In this document: positions 50,899-62,910 of the stretch, in pieces
How positions within the stretch are numbered: position 1 is the stretch's first letter
Layout: every line of letters starts with the position of its first letter
DNA from: Tubulanus polymorphus
Taxonomy: Eukaryota; Animalia; Nemertea
Length of the DNA: 64,000 bases
Direction of reading: 5' to 3'
NCBI RefSeq assembly: GCF_964204645.1
Contig: NC_134028.1
Coordinates: 10,230,001-10,294,000 of the forward strand
Translations under genes and position numbers: made by a program
The notes under the pieces: generated by a model
The model's database searches: none
What the model saw: only the letters and a program-made list of their open reading frames with translations
What the model was told of the DNA's origin: nothing

Positions 50899-51504
50899 AT
50901 GGGAGGTGAAAAGAAAATAAAATCTAAAAATGGTGATGTTCCAATTGAAAAAACTTTAGATGATTGAGGAATAACAGAAACAAAATTAACTCCAGATGAT
51001 GGTGCTTTAAATAATGTTACAACAAATAATAATTATGAATATTATCTTTATTGTAAACATCAATTAGAAATATTAATAGCATCTGGAAAATGGAAAAATT
51101 TTGTCGGTAAAAATTTAACTTATAATGAATTAGATACAATGAAATCAGAAGAAATTATTGGATTATTTAAGATTTATGGAGCCGCGAGAACAGCTAGAAT
51201 TAATGACGCGATATCAGAAAATGTAGTAAAAGGTTATAGTAAATTATGTAATTATATACTACCAATTGAAGATGAAAATAGATTATATTCCGATTTAAAA
51301 AATGATTATTTAGTTATGACTGAATTAAATAAATGGATTGGATATTTATCATTTCAATTAGGTGGATTTATGACATTATTATCAACTGGAGTTATAATAT
51401 TTTCAAATATTGAAAGTAAAAATATTTCTATAATAAATGAACAAGGTGGAAGAAGTGAAGGAATTAACTGTGAAGAAAAAACCGAGATCACAGAAACAAA
51501 TTGA
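50899..51504 (+). pseudogene. Conserved Polinton ~200-aa protein with an in-frame TGA near 50965
   Basis: Matches the intact ORF 54667-55257. Confidence 0.85.
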
Positions 51505-51803
51505 ATGGTCTCGGCAATTAGGAATTAAATCACAAGAATATGAAAAAGCTGTAAAAGAAAAAATAAGTAATAAAAATGTTAATAAAAATAGTGAAAATAT
51601 TGTTATTTCTACTCCTTCTAATGATAGAATATTTGATAAATGTCTATATTTTACGGTTGGATTTGTAATTGTATTCATTTTGATTGGTTGTAATTGGTAT
51701 AAGAAATCAAATAAGTTCATTATATTAATAATTCTGAAACAACTGCTATCAAAAATGAAAATACTTCTGAAATTCCAAAATTGATAATAAAAAAAATGGA
51801 TTA
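51437..51803 (+). pseudogene. Small TM protein, frameshifted near the C-terminus
   Basis: Homolog of 699-1055. Confidence 0.75.
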
Positions 51804-52819
51804 ATATTTTAGAAAAAAAACAAAAAAATAAATGAATATCTCACTACTTTTGTCTATCTATGCGAAGCAATTAAATTGTCCAGATAAGCCATTTCGGATT
51901 CTAGATATTCATTATATTTATTAATTTATCTTGTTTTTTTAATTTGAAGATTTTACTTGAATATTGTATTACAGTCGTTTCTTATTATTAGTTTTTTCTT
52001 AAATTGAAAGATGACAGCACTGGGTGTGATGCTAAAATGAATATTTGAATTTGAATTTGAATTTGTTAATCAATTGACATGGTAATTGATTACTAATTTG
52101 ATTTAAAATTATATCATAATTAAGTTAAAAATTCATAATTCATTTATCAGTTTTCATTCCTATATTCTTTTATTCGGAATAATTTATAATTTCAAATTTC
52201 ACATATTTCTTTAGTAAACACCAACAACATTTACTTAGGTGTTTTAGCTAAGTATATAAGGCAATTCATTCCAACGCTGGAGTAGCTCTGGCCAGCAGAG
52301 GCATTTTGAAAATGCACCTTCGTCCACTCTCCGGGTTTCTCCTTCGGTTTCGAATTTCGAGATTGGTAGAAATTACATTAGGCGCCTTTAATATAATGTG
52401 ATTTCTGCCAATCATTGAAGGAGATCCCGGTTGACGTGGGTCGCGGGGGTGTAAGTAGAAATGACGGGGGAAAAGCGTCCCGTGGCGACTTTCAATAATG
52501 GGATGCTTATCCCCTGAAAACTCTGTAGGTCGAGGATAGGGCAATTTTGCTAAAACTTACCTTAAAAACACCGAAATATTCCTTTTAATCACGAGAGAGA
52601 ATGTATCCTGTGTGTGTTGTATGTACTGCGTGCTTATTATATAACTGCTAGCTATCCAACATAACAACAACGTTGAATTGCAACACCTGTTTGATCGATC
52701 AATATTCAAATGAAGCACTCTCTTATAATAACATGTAACAGATGTTTGACTGGTATGATTGTAGTTGTTCGTAAAACGACTAAGGTCATTTTTAGATATT
52801 CATTATTTTTATTTTTTAT

Positions 52820-53145
52820 TTAATCAACAATTTCTAAATCATGATGACCGTCTTCATTTTTCTCATGATAGATTATTTTAAATCCTTCTAAATCTTTTAA
52901 TTCCTCTGTACTCAATGAAACCCATTTATCAGGTAAAAACACTTTAAATTCTCGCGATGTACTAACATTACAGTAGCTTAAATTCGCTGATACTTTCTCT
53001 CCATATTTAGTTTTTATCTTTTCTAATTTCAATATTTTATGTTCAATTTCTTTTGTAACATCAATTAACTTTTTTATTTCAAATTGTTTTTTGCTGGTTT
53101 TATTCTGTTATTTATTGTTGCTAAGAATGCTTTTCTATCTCCCAT
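52820..53145 (-). pseudogene. Terminal 108-aa protein, frameshifted
   Basis: Homolog of 2119-2445; ATG at 53145 lies within the right TIR. Confidence 0.8.
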
Positions 53146-53219
53146 TTATTAGGAAAAAAAATTACTTGTGGTAATGAGTGTTGTCTCGACCTCTCGACCT
53201 CTGATCTTTTCCAATTACT
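53140..53219 (-). repeat. Polinton right TIR
   Basis: Reverse complement of 33674-33766, with a short deletion near the tip. Confidence 0.9.
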
Positions 53220-53549
53220 CATGACTAAAACAAAGACCGAAGACCTATGCACTTTGCGAGACTAAACCTATGCATGACTAAAACGAAGACCGAAGACCTG
53301 TGGGGGTGTTATAATATAAACTCATGTTTCTGTATTATTGTACATGTATTGTTTTGTGCAACACTGTATATGTAAAGATGGTACTATGAGAAGTGCTGCC
53401 ACCTAACGCTATATTGGTAAAATAAAAACTCTCTTTGTTCTCTCTCTCAATGGACACAGTCGTTATTGTGTTGGTGTCTTTGTTCCTCTCGTACATTTGA
53501 GTTCAGTAATCCGTCATCATCCGGAGACTGTGACCTAAAGATGGCAACA
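53220..53549 (+). mobile_element. Possible LTR fragment between copies 2 and 3
   Basis: Short direct repeats (catgactaaaac..agaccgaagacct), AATAAA followed by a CT/GT-rich tract, and an ...AACA end; no TG 5' end seen. Confidence 0.35.
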
Positions 53550-54338
53550 TTATCTACTATCAGCAGTTATTTTCTTGTGTTTTAGCAGTGGCAAAAAGAA
53601 GTCTAAAATTCTTAAAATATCAGATGTTTCAACGAAGGTGGCTTTTTGGGGCCTGATACCTATCCCCAAGCATTTCTACTTACACCCCTGTGACCCACAC
53701 CTCACCAATTCTCCTTCAATGGTTGACAGGAAACACATTTAATTAAAGGCGCCTAATGCATTTCCTATCAACCCCTTACCCCCGAAAGGAGGATCGAAAG
53801 TCGAAACTGAAGGAGAACCACGGAGGATGGACAAAGGTGCATTTTCGAAATACCCCTGCAAGCCAAGCCCGGCGGCACTCCAGTGGTCGAATGAATTGCC
53901 TTATATACTTAGCTAAAACACCTTAGTAAATGTTGTTGGTGTTTACTAAAGAAATATGTGAAATTTGAAATTATAAATTATTCTGAATGAAAAGAATATA
54001 GGAATGAAAACTGATGAATGAATTAAGGATTTTTAACTTAATTATGATATAATTTTTAATCAAATTAGTAATCAATTACCATGTTAATTGATTAACAAAT
54101 TCAAATTCAATTACTCATTTTAGCATCACACCCAGTGCTGCCATCTTTCAATTTAAGAAAAAACTAATAATAAGAAACTACTGTAATACAATATTCAAGT
54201 AAAAACTTCAAATTAAAAAACAAAATGAATTAATAAAAATAATGAATATCTAGAATCCGAAATGACTTATCTGGACAATTTAATTGCACCGCATAGATAG
54301 ACGAAAGTAGTGAGATATTCAATTAATTTTAAAAAAAT

Positions 54339-54719
54339 TTATTTTTTTTGCTTTTTTTCTAAAATATTAATCCATTTTTTTATTGTAAATTTTGGAATTT
54401 CAGAAGTATTTTCATTTTTGATAGCAGTTGTTTCAGAATTATAAATATCGTGAATTTTATTTGATTTCTTATACCAATTACACCCAATCAAAATGAATAC
54501 AATTACAAATCCAACCGTAAAATGTAGACATTTATCAAATATTCTATCATTAGAAGGAGTAGAAATAACAATTTTTTCACTATTTTTATTAACATTTTTA
54601 TTACTTATTTTTTCTTTTACAGCTTTTTCATATTCTTGTGATTTAATTCCTAATTGCCGAGACCATTCAATTTGTTTCTGTGATCTCGGTTTTTTCTTCA
54701 CTTCTTCCACCTTGTTCAT
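54339..54719 (-). CDS. Small TM protein (copy 3)
   Basis: Homolog of 699-1055; altered C-terminus. Confidence 0.72.
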   Translation of the reverse strand: MNKVEEVKKKPRSQKQIEWSRQLGIKSQEYEKAVKEKISNKNVNKNSEKIVISTPSNDRIFDKCLHFTVGFVIVFILIGCNWYKKSNKIHDIYNSETTAIKNENTSEIPKFTIKKWINILEKKQKK

Positions 54720-55257
54720 TTATTATAGAAATATTTTTACTTTCAATATTTGAAAATGTTATAACTTCAGTTGATAATAATGTCATAAATCCACCTAATC
54801 GAAATGATAAATATCCAATCCATTTATTTAATTCAGTCATAACTAAATAATCATTTTTCAAATCAGCATATAATCTATTTTCATCTTGAATTGGCAGCAT
54901 ATAATTACATAATTTACTATAACCTTTTACTACATTTTCTGATATCGCGTCATTAATTCTAGCTGTTCTCGCGGTTTCATAAATCTTAAATAATCTAATA
55001 ATTTCATCTGATTTCATTGTATCTAATTCATTATAAGTTAAATTTTTACCAATAAAATTTTTACATTTTCCAGATGCTATTAATATTTCTAATTGATGTT
55101 TACAATAAAGATAATATTCATAATTATTATTTGTTGTAACATTATTTAAAGCACCATCATCTGGAATTAATTTTGTTTCTATTATTTCTAAATCATCTAA
55201 AGTTTTTTCAATTGGAACATCACCATTTTTAGATTTTATTTTATTTTCACCTACCAT
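54667..55257 (-). CDS. Conserved Polinton 196-aa protein, intact
   Basis: TATAAATG start; open frame; homologs in copies 1 and 2. Confidence 0.85.
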   Translation of the reverse strand: MVGENKIKSKNGDVPIEKTLDDLEIIETKLIPDDGALNNVTTNNNYEYYLYCKHQLEILIASGKCKNFIGKNLTYNELDTMKSDEIIRLFKIYETARTARINDAISENVVKGYSKLCNYMLPIQDENRLYADLKNDYLVMTELNKWIGYLSFRLGGFMTLLSTEVITFSNIESKNISIINEQGGRSEEKTEITETN

Positions 55258-55464
55258 TTATATAACAAACAAATTAGTTGTGTTGTTGTAACTAGAATTC
55301 AACTAGAATGTAACTAGAATTCAATTAGATTAACAAGCTAGTTGAAATATTGTTGTTTTTATTTATTTCTAGTTGAATCTAGTTGATTTTTGTTCCAACT
55401 ACTAATAACTAGAATTCAACTAGAATGTAACTAAAAATATACTAGATTAACAAGCTAGTTGAAT

Positions 55465-56073
55465 TTAAATAAATTCATATTTAAATGGGTGTTGTAATCT
55501 AAATAGTTATTTTGATCTTTTAATATTTTTCAATTTATCCATATATTCATTTTGTAAATCATGTGGAATAATATCATTTTCTTCAAGCGCATTTTTCATC
55601 GATTTTCTATCTTTATTATAAAATAAAACTAGAAATCTTATATTCTCCCTAAAGTCTTTAACAATTGAATTATATTTTTGATTTAAAACCCATGTTGTTA
55701 TCCCAAAATGTCTACCAGAAAAAGCTAAATAACATAACTCACTCTCTCTAATTTTTGAATCATGTTAATTTGCACAATCATCTATAATGAATAATGTATT
55801 TGATCCTTTATAAATATCTATTGCTATTTTAATACAATTATCTAAATTTTCTTTTACTGTTTTAGGATCTAATATAATGAATTTATTATTTCTAGTAATA
55901 TTTCTATCATAAGTTTGATTAAATTCATATGTTGGACAAAATAATACTATATTATCAAAATAGTTTTTATAAACAGTTTCTAATAAATTTAATATAAAAT
56001 AAGTTTTTCCACAATTTGTTACGCCAGAAATTAACATATTATGAGGCTCAAATATAAATAATTCCTTATTCAT
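55465..56073 (-). pseudogene. Packaging ATPase (copy 3), in-frame stop at 55765
   Basis: GVTNCGKT and FIIDDC; TTA>TAA change relative to copy 2. Confidence 0.9.
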
Positions 56074-57201
56074 TTATATATTTTTAATTTTACTTGATAA
56101 TATCCATTCATTGAATTTATCTGGCCATCCAACCCATTTTACTAAAGAATATTTTTTTCTTTTAATAGTTTTTGTTTTTAATACTTTTTCAATTTTATAT
56201 TCTTGTTCTAGATTTTCAGTAGTTAAACTTAATTCTTCTTCGTAAAAGTAGCCATCAACTTCTTCACCATCTAAATCTTCTAATTTATAGACATATGGTT
56301 TTGTTGTCATTACCTTTTTTATTTTATATATTTCTCTAGTAAAATTTATATCGTATCCCTTGTCAAATATCTTTTTATACTTAGAAATTCTAACATTTTG
56401 ACCAACTTTAAATTTAGGTTCACCAAAATCACCTACAAGAAATGCTCCATATAAATTATTCCAAACAATTTCAGCATTTTCAGGTTTTCTAGCATCAATA
56501 GGTTTCATTCCAATAGAAGAATGATAAGAATTATTATAACCTTCTATCAATTTTGGTAAAACATCAATCCATTTAAAAGTATTATTTGCTGTAAAATATT
56601 TCCACATTCTTGTTCTTAATGTTCTATTAAATCGTTCAACAACTGCTGCTTTTTTATCCGATTTTGTTGAAAAATATTTAATATTATGATTGTCTAAGAG
56701 TTCATGAAGAAGTGAATTATCAAATTCTTTTCCATCATCAAATTGTATTTTTTCTGGTTTTAGTTTATCATCCGGAAGAAATTTTCTTAAAACATTTGAT
56801 GTTTGTACAGCATCTTTTCTATAAAGTGGGAAGCTCCATACATAACGACTAAAAATATCAATTATATTCAATATCCACCAATAATCATCATTATCTTTCT
56901 TAACATTTTTCATATCAATTAAATCTCCTTGCCACTGTTGATCTACATAACTTACCATAGTTTTACGAGTTTTATATTTTCTAACAATTTTTTTATGTGT
57001 TGTATATGTTGGTTGTTCTAACATAAATTCATTTATATCTTTATATTTAACTAAATTTTGTGGGATTATCTTATCTAATTTATCTTGTTTTACTTGGCGC
57101 CATATATTTTTGGTAGAAGAATAAGCAACCGAACTCTCAGGGTTGTAATATAAATTTCTTAAATATTGTTCTTTAGTATAAGGAGTTTTTTTACCGCCCA
57201 T
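56074..57201 (-). CDS. rve integrase with chromodomain, intact (375 aa)
   Basis: DDE motifs as in copy 2; complete chromodomain LVKWVGWPDKFNEWI. Confidence 0.95.
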   Translation of the reverse strand: MGGKKTPYTKEQYLRNLYYNPESSVAYSSTKNIWRQVKQDKLDKIIPQNLVKYKDINEFMLEQPTYTTHKKIVRKYKTRKTMVSYVDQQWQGDLIDMKNVKKDNDDYWWILNIIDIFSRYVWSFPLYRKDAVQTSNVLRKFLPDDKLKPEKIQFDDGKEFDNSLLHELLDNHNIKYFSTKSDKKAAVVERFNRTLRTRMWKYFTANNTFKWIDVLPKLIEGYNNSYHSSIGMKPIDARKPENAEIVWNNLYGAFLVGDFGEPKFKVGQNVRISKYKKIFDKGYDINFTREIYKIKKVMTTKPYVYKLEDLDGEEVDGYFYEEELSLTTENLEQEYKIEKVLKTKTIKRKKYSLVKWVGWPDKFNEWILSSKIKNI

Positions 57202-57231
57202 TTTTATATCCTTAATTTTAACTTTATATTT

Positions 57232-58479
57232 CTAATATTGAATACTATCTAATTGTGAATTTACAATATTTAATTGTGCGTCAGATATAATATAAATGTG
57301 CATTTTAAAATTTAAGCTTCCTTTTTTCTTTTTCATGAATAATTGTATTCCATGTTTAGTGTTCTGTAGTTTTTTTCCAGAACCATGTAATGAATTATCT
57401 TCTGTTGTTCTAAAATCTAACCATAATGCATATTTATTACCGGCATAATAATAAATTTGATTAATATTACAATTTTCAGATGATTTTACTTTTTCATTCA
57501 TAAAATGTTTTCTAATTTCTGACATTTGATCTATCATTCTCATTCCTTGACAAAATATTTTATTTGCTATTCCTTCGATAGTTATTTCTACTTTTGCTAT
57601 TTCAGGATTACAATAATTATCAACCTTTATTGCGCCATTAGAATATGTTGCAATGGTAAAAAATATTAATATACCTTTAATAGATCTTCTTGGGAAGTTA
57701 ATATTCTCATTAATTATTTCATCATTTGCATTAATAGTTACAGTTTTAAATTTATCAATATAATCATATAATAATGAAAATCCTTGATTGTATTGAGTTT
57801 GAATTGTGTTAGCAATATTTTCATTAGTTACTGTGTTATATTCTAAACATATATTCGATAATTTATAACCCATATCTTTATTAACGCTAGATATTACAAT
57901 TTCATTAACAGGAGCAAATGTTATTTCGAATATAACATCTTCTTGAATTGCGTATTTATATAAAGGTGCATTATTATTTATCAATTCAAAGTCTAATGGA
58001 ATTTTATATTTGCTTCCATAAATCTTTTTAATCAAATTATCTACATCATTAGTTACTATTGCGTTATCAGAGCCTGATCTTAATTTATTTTGGTTTTCTG
58101 ATTGGATTCCTTGATATATCATATTATTTCTATTTTCTTTAGTTAACCATAAATCTTTATAATGCATGAATAAATTATAATCATCTATTGAGAAAACTGT
58201 TTCTGGACCAATCTTTATAGTTAATTTTTTAATCAAATATCTTCCAACATTATCAACAACATAATTATTATTATTACCGGTTACTTTTATATCGGCTGAT
58301 AAATAAATACTATTTGGAACATAAAAAGTATTTTGTGTTAATCTAGGGATTCAAACATATAAAGTTTCATTGGGATTAATATTAGAAGGGTTATGAGTAA
58401 TTATATGATGTGATCTTTCTGCTTTAAAAGCATTAGATATTCTATGATTCTTAGAAGGATTGATATAACGCCCACTCAT
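57232..58479 (-). pseudogene. Major capsid protein (415 codons) with one TGA at 58351-58353
   Basis: TAAATG start at 58479, in frame with ORF 57232-58236. Confidence 0.78.
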
Positions 58480-58499
58480 TTATTTAACAAAAAAATTAA

Positions 58500-61138
58500 T
58501 CATTAATTTTTTATCATGTTTACTTGATATTTTTTGATATCATATTCACTAACCCAAAAATAATAGCACTTACAACTGTAATTAACAAGAAAATTAATTT
58601 TAGAAAATTATTTGACGCCTGGGGAAAAAATGTAGAATTTCTGGGCTAAGCTAATGTGGAATTGCAAATTTGAAATCGAAGTTTTAAGAAATTTGGGGAA
58701 TGATGAGATTTGGCGATTGGGTAGATGATACAGGTCTTCGACTCTAGTAGTGGTTTAAATTTTTTTATTGAAAATTCTCAATAATTGATCGCGAACTTGC
58801 GACCGACTTCATTTACTTATGCCTCTAAGCTGGTCTGCAACTTCATTGCCTCCATGGATGAAGAAAGAGCTCTTCTGATGTCTGCTTCATCATGACTTCG
58901 AGCATATCGTGTGGCCTAGCCAGCCGGCCCGGGCCACGGGTTTGGCTGTCACTCGATATCCTAGAGTCTTGAGTCTGGGTGGGTTGAAGTAGACATTGTC
59001 ATTTAAAGTAACTCGCTTATGTTGTTCTGTATGAATTACCCGTGTGTCATGTATGTTGTATTAATTTATTTTAAAATTTGTATTTATTGAATTTGGGAAT
59101 TTTATTCCGGAATTTCAATGTAATAAGGATCAATAAATAATTGAATTGAATTGTCACCTAATACACATGCTATCAGAGGACACGGAGCCGTATATGACAG
59201 CTATGCTATTATAAATTGCTAATCTCACGAAACTTGCATACTCCTAATATCAAACATATTTTCTAAAACGTTTGAATATTGAAATTATATGTTTACACGT
59301 TTTTATATTGACCGCTTGTAGCCGCTGATGAAATTCACGCTTGCCCTACTCAGATCGTAGATAGCTTCATCATTTCACCGGCATGCCCACGTCAGGGTCT
59401 GACTTTTATATCAGACTTCCGCATCGTGTATACATCCGCCATTTAATAAATAATCCGATAATGAATAATCCGATTTACTTATCATTTCTATTTATGCCTG
59501 TCGCTTCTGATATAATCATACATCCTTTACTATTACAATACGTCTTCTAATGATATTCAATGCAATATAACATTTCGACGTTCAAATATAGGTCATTATA
59601 TAATCACAGGAAGCCATTCTACATCTATGTCAATAATATTTTGCCAGATAGCTTGTTTGTGTACACATAAACCTGTGACGTTTTGCACATCGATTTACGG
59701 CTGTCGTTTGTAAAATGACGCTGAATGGTTAGCATTGTTTAGGTTTCATAATGGTAACGTTTTATAAGGCGTCAAAAAATAAAATAATATGTTCAGCAGC
59801 AAAGTTAATAATGTTTCCTGCAGATTTCAATATAAAACCAACAATTGATGCAATAATTCCTGGTAAAGGTGCAGCAGATTTTTTAGATAGTTCCCATAAA
59901 TATTTTGCTAATTTCTTTAAACCATCTTTAACTTTATCTTGTATAGAATTATCATTCGGGGGTTTATCCGGTTTATTGGGAGTAGGAGTAGATTTCAAAG
60001 AATTTAATATTGCTAAACCAATTGTTGTAAATAACATAGTTACAGCTGTTAGAATTGAAAGAATTGTTATTCCTTCTAATTTAAATAATAATTTTATTCT
60101 ATCTTTCAATGATATTTCAGAATTTGGTTTTATCAACAAATTTTTAAAAATAACTTTTAATCTATTAATATTATAATCATATGATTTTAATAATGATTTA
60201 ATTTCGTCTTTTTGTAATTTTAAATTATTAATTTCTTTTTTCTAAACGTAATTCTTTTTGACTATATTCCATTTCATCAATTACTTGACGATCAAGATCA
60301 GACTTTAATTGTTCTATTTCTTTATTTTTATCAGTTAATTCTTTTTCTAAAGTTCTAATTTTAATATCTCTTATACTTTTATTATGCGCAATTTTATCAG
60401 CTTCATTTCTTATACTAATAATTTCTCTAATTGCTTCATCAGAAAATATATTTAAATCTTCTAATTGTTGATCTGTTGCATCAATTAATCCAATCGGTAA
60501 AAGTTTTTCAATGGAACTTTATTTGATTTAAGTTTACTAGTTTTGGAAGTTATATTCTGTTCAGAAGTTGTTTCTGTTTCTGATTTCTTTTTGATTATTT
60601 CAAATAATTCATTAATTCTTTGTTTAAATACGTCTATATCATTATCAGTTAATTCTTGTTTTATAACATCAGTTATTACATTACTATTAATAATTCTTTT
60701 AATTCTATCTGGATCTAAATTACTCAAAGATGATTTTGTTAATATTTTATTTGTATTATTTTTATAAGTGATATCAATATAATAATCACCTTTCAAATGA
60801 TAATACCATTTACCATTATCTAAAGATTTTAATTGATCGGCTAAAGGTCCAACGTCTTCATCATTTATATTAAGTTTAGAATTTTCAATTAAATGTTCTA
60901 ATTTAGGTATTTTGTTTAAATTATCTAAATCTTGTTTTACTAAATATGGGTCTAAATTTTCAGGATTTAATTGTGATTCTGCGTTTTTAATATAATCAGG
61001 TATATTTGAATTATTATTATGTCCTGGCTCATTACCGTCATTAAAACTTGTTTCACTAAAATCAGGTTGTTGTTCATCAGTTATGCCAGGTTCATCAAAA
61101 TTATCCATTCCAATATTTTCTCCACCATCTAAATCCAT
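58500..61138 (-). pseudogene. Coiled-coil, multi-TM protein (copy 3, long form), frameshifted and split by an insertion
   Basis: ORFs 60485-61138 and 59762-60139, plus 58500-58585 beyond the insert. Confidence 0.78.
58586..59776 (-). mobile_element. Non-autonomous Helentron-like element, copy B
   Basis: Reverse-complement homolog of 20657-21803; inserted in an A/T run with no TSD relative to the empty site at 47451-47470. Confidence 0.78.
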
Positions 61139-61154
61139 TTATATAATAAAAAAA

Positions 61155-62444
61155 TTAAAATTTAAAATATAATATTCCTCCTATAACAATTCCTATACAA
61201 GTTAAAGCTAATTTAGTATTTTCATGGAATTTATTATCATTATCAGTTTTAATTATTTCATGTTGAATATTATCAGTTTTAATATTCTCTGATGTATTAT
61301 AATCCGGTTTAGAATCATTATTTAATTTAATATTCTTAGTTTTAGTTTCTGTTGATTGAATATGTTTTTTATTTTTTTCACCTTCCATTAATTTTGGAGC
61401 AGTAATAATCTTTTTATTTATATCATTTAATCCAAATGAATTATTTGTTGTTGCAGTTTTAATTAGATTATTATAACCAATTATATTTCCCATCTTTAAT
61501 ACTAAATCATTAGAAATAATTAATAGATTAGGACCTATACAATAATTTAATCTAATATGTGATTTATCTAAATAATTTTGATATCTTACAATGTTTTCTG
61601 GAATCGATCTATTTTTATCATTATGAATTTTTATCATTATGAATCAAATAATACTTTGAATTGTTTTGGGCATCAAATGAAGTGTTATCATTTCCAATTA
61701 TTGGGGATCTTGTTTCAACTTGCGCACCTAAAATACATATCAAATAAGTTCTAATAGATTGATTTATTCTTCGTATACCAGCTTTAGTAAAACCCTCACT
61801 ATTTTCTAAAATGAAATAAACCCAACCATTATTATTTTGTTGTTGTATATTATTATAATATTTTGGTAATTCATTCCAATTTAGTGTTCTTATATCTGAA
61901 TTTGTCATTTTTTTTCCAAATTCTTTAGTATATAATATTCCTAATCCGCCCATTGTTCCAATTTTTGCTCTAAAATCTTTATTTGAATTAATATTAAATT
62001 CATTACTTATTTTATAAAACTTAGAAAAATTAATATTATTATTCAATTCTTTAAAATATTTTGAACCTGGTAAAGGACATTCTAATTCATCTAATATTAA
62101 TTTTATCTGAAAATAAGTATGAAATCTAAACAGTGATAACATCAATGGTAAACTTGGTTTGTTTATATGATCATTCCAACTTATTCCACATCCTGTTGTC
62201 GCGCAATACACAGCAAAATTAAATTGGTTCCGCCAAAACTTCATATTAGATTTTAATAACCATTGTTTTGCCTCATTTGAATTTTTAAAATTAATTGTAT
62301 ACACATGAAATATATTTTCCATCTTTACATGAAAATTATTACTTTCAGTAACATAAATATATATATTTATTATATAACTATTGCTGGAATATTATATTTA
62401 ATTGATTTATTATATTGGAAAGCTTTTGGAAAACTATCTACCAT
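61155..62444 (-). pseudogene. Conserved Polinton ~430-aa protein with C-terminal TM (copy 3), frameshifted
   Basis: ORFs 61621-62322 and 61155-61637; ATG at 62444. Confidence 0.82.
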
Positions 62445-62549
62445 TTATATGATAAAAAAATTAATAATTTATTAATTCTTTTAATAATTTATCTTGTTCT
62501 TCAACTGTTATATGACCATTTAAACTTATTATATAATCTAGTGTATTTT

Positions 62550-62894
62550 TCATTTATTAATTTCTTTTATATTAGTTTTAATTTTTTCTTTATTACTTTT
62601 TATATTTAATTTTGAACTTATACCAGTTAAAACACTTGATGATAATCCTAATACACCAATTGATATAGCTAAAGGTGTTAATGGACTGAATATTGCTAGA
62701 AATGTTATTACAGAACTAATTGTAACCGAACCACTTATTATCAAATAATATATAATTTTAGATTTTAAATATTTTTTCTTTTTAACTTTTAAATCATTTT
62801 CAAATTCTAATATTTGTTTTTCTGAATATTTTTTTAATTTAGTTTTATTTATATCATGAGGAATAATATCAATATTATCAACTTTATCATCCAT
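62550..62894 (-). pseudogene. Two-TM protein (copy 3), truncated by a stop
   Basis: Homolog of 41979-42413, 30 aa shorter. Confidence 0.75.
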
Positions 62895-62910
62895 TAATTG
62901 AGAAAAAAAA

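Larger units (their letters stand above)
33674..53219 (+). mobile_element. Polinton/Maverick (adintovirus-like endogenous virus) copy 2, TIR to TIR; ~16.5 kb after removing a 3-kb insert
   Basis: pPolB, penton, MCP, rve integrase and ATPase genes lie between imperfect TIRs starting AGTAATTGG and ending CCAATTACT. Confidence 0.96.

Noticed and set aside
33668-53225. 6-bp target-site duplication for Polinton copy 2
   Set aside because: Flanks TTCAGG and CATGAC do not match as direct repeats, so one flank is probably rearranged.
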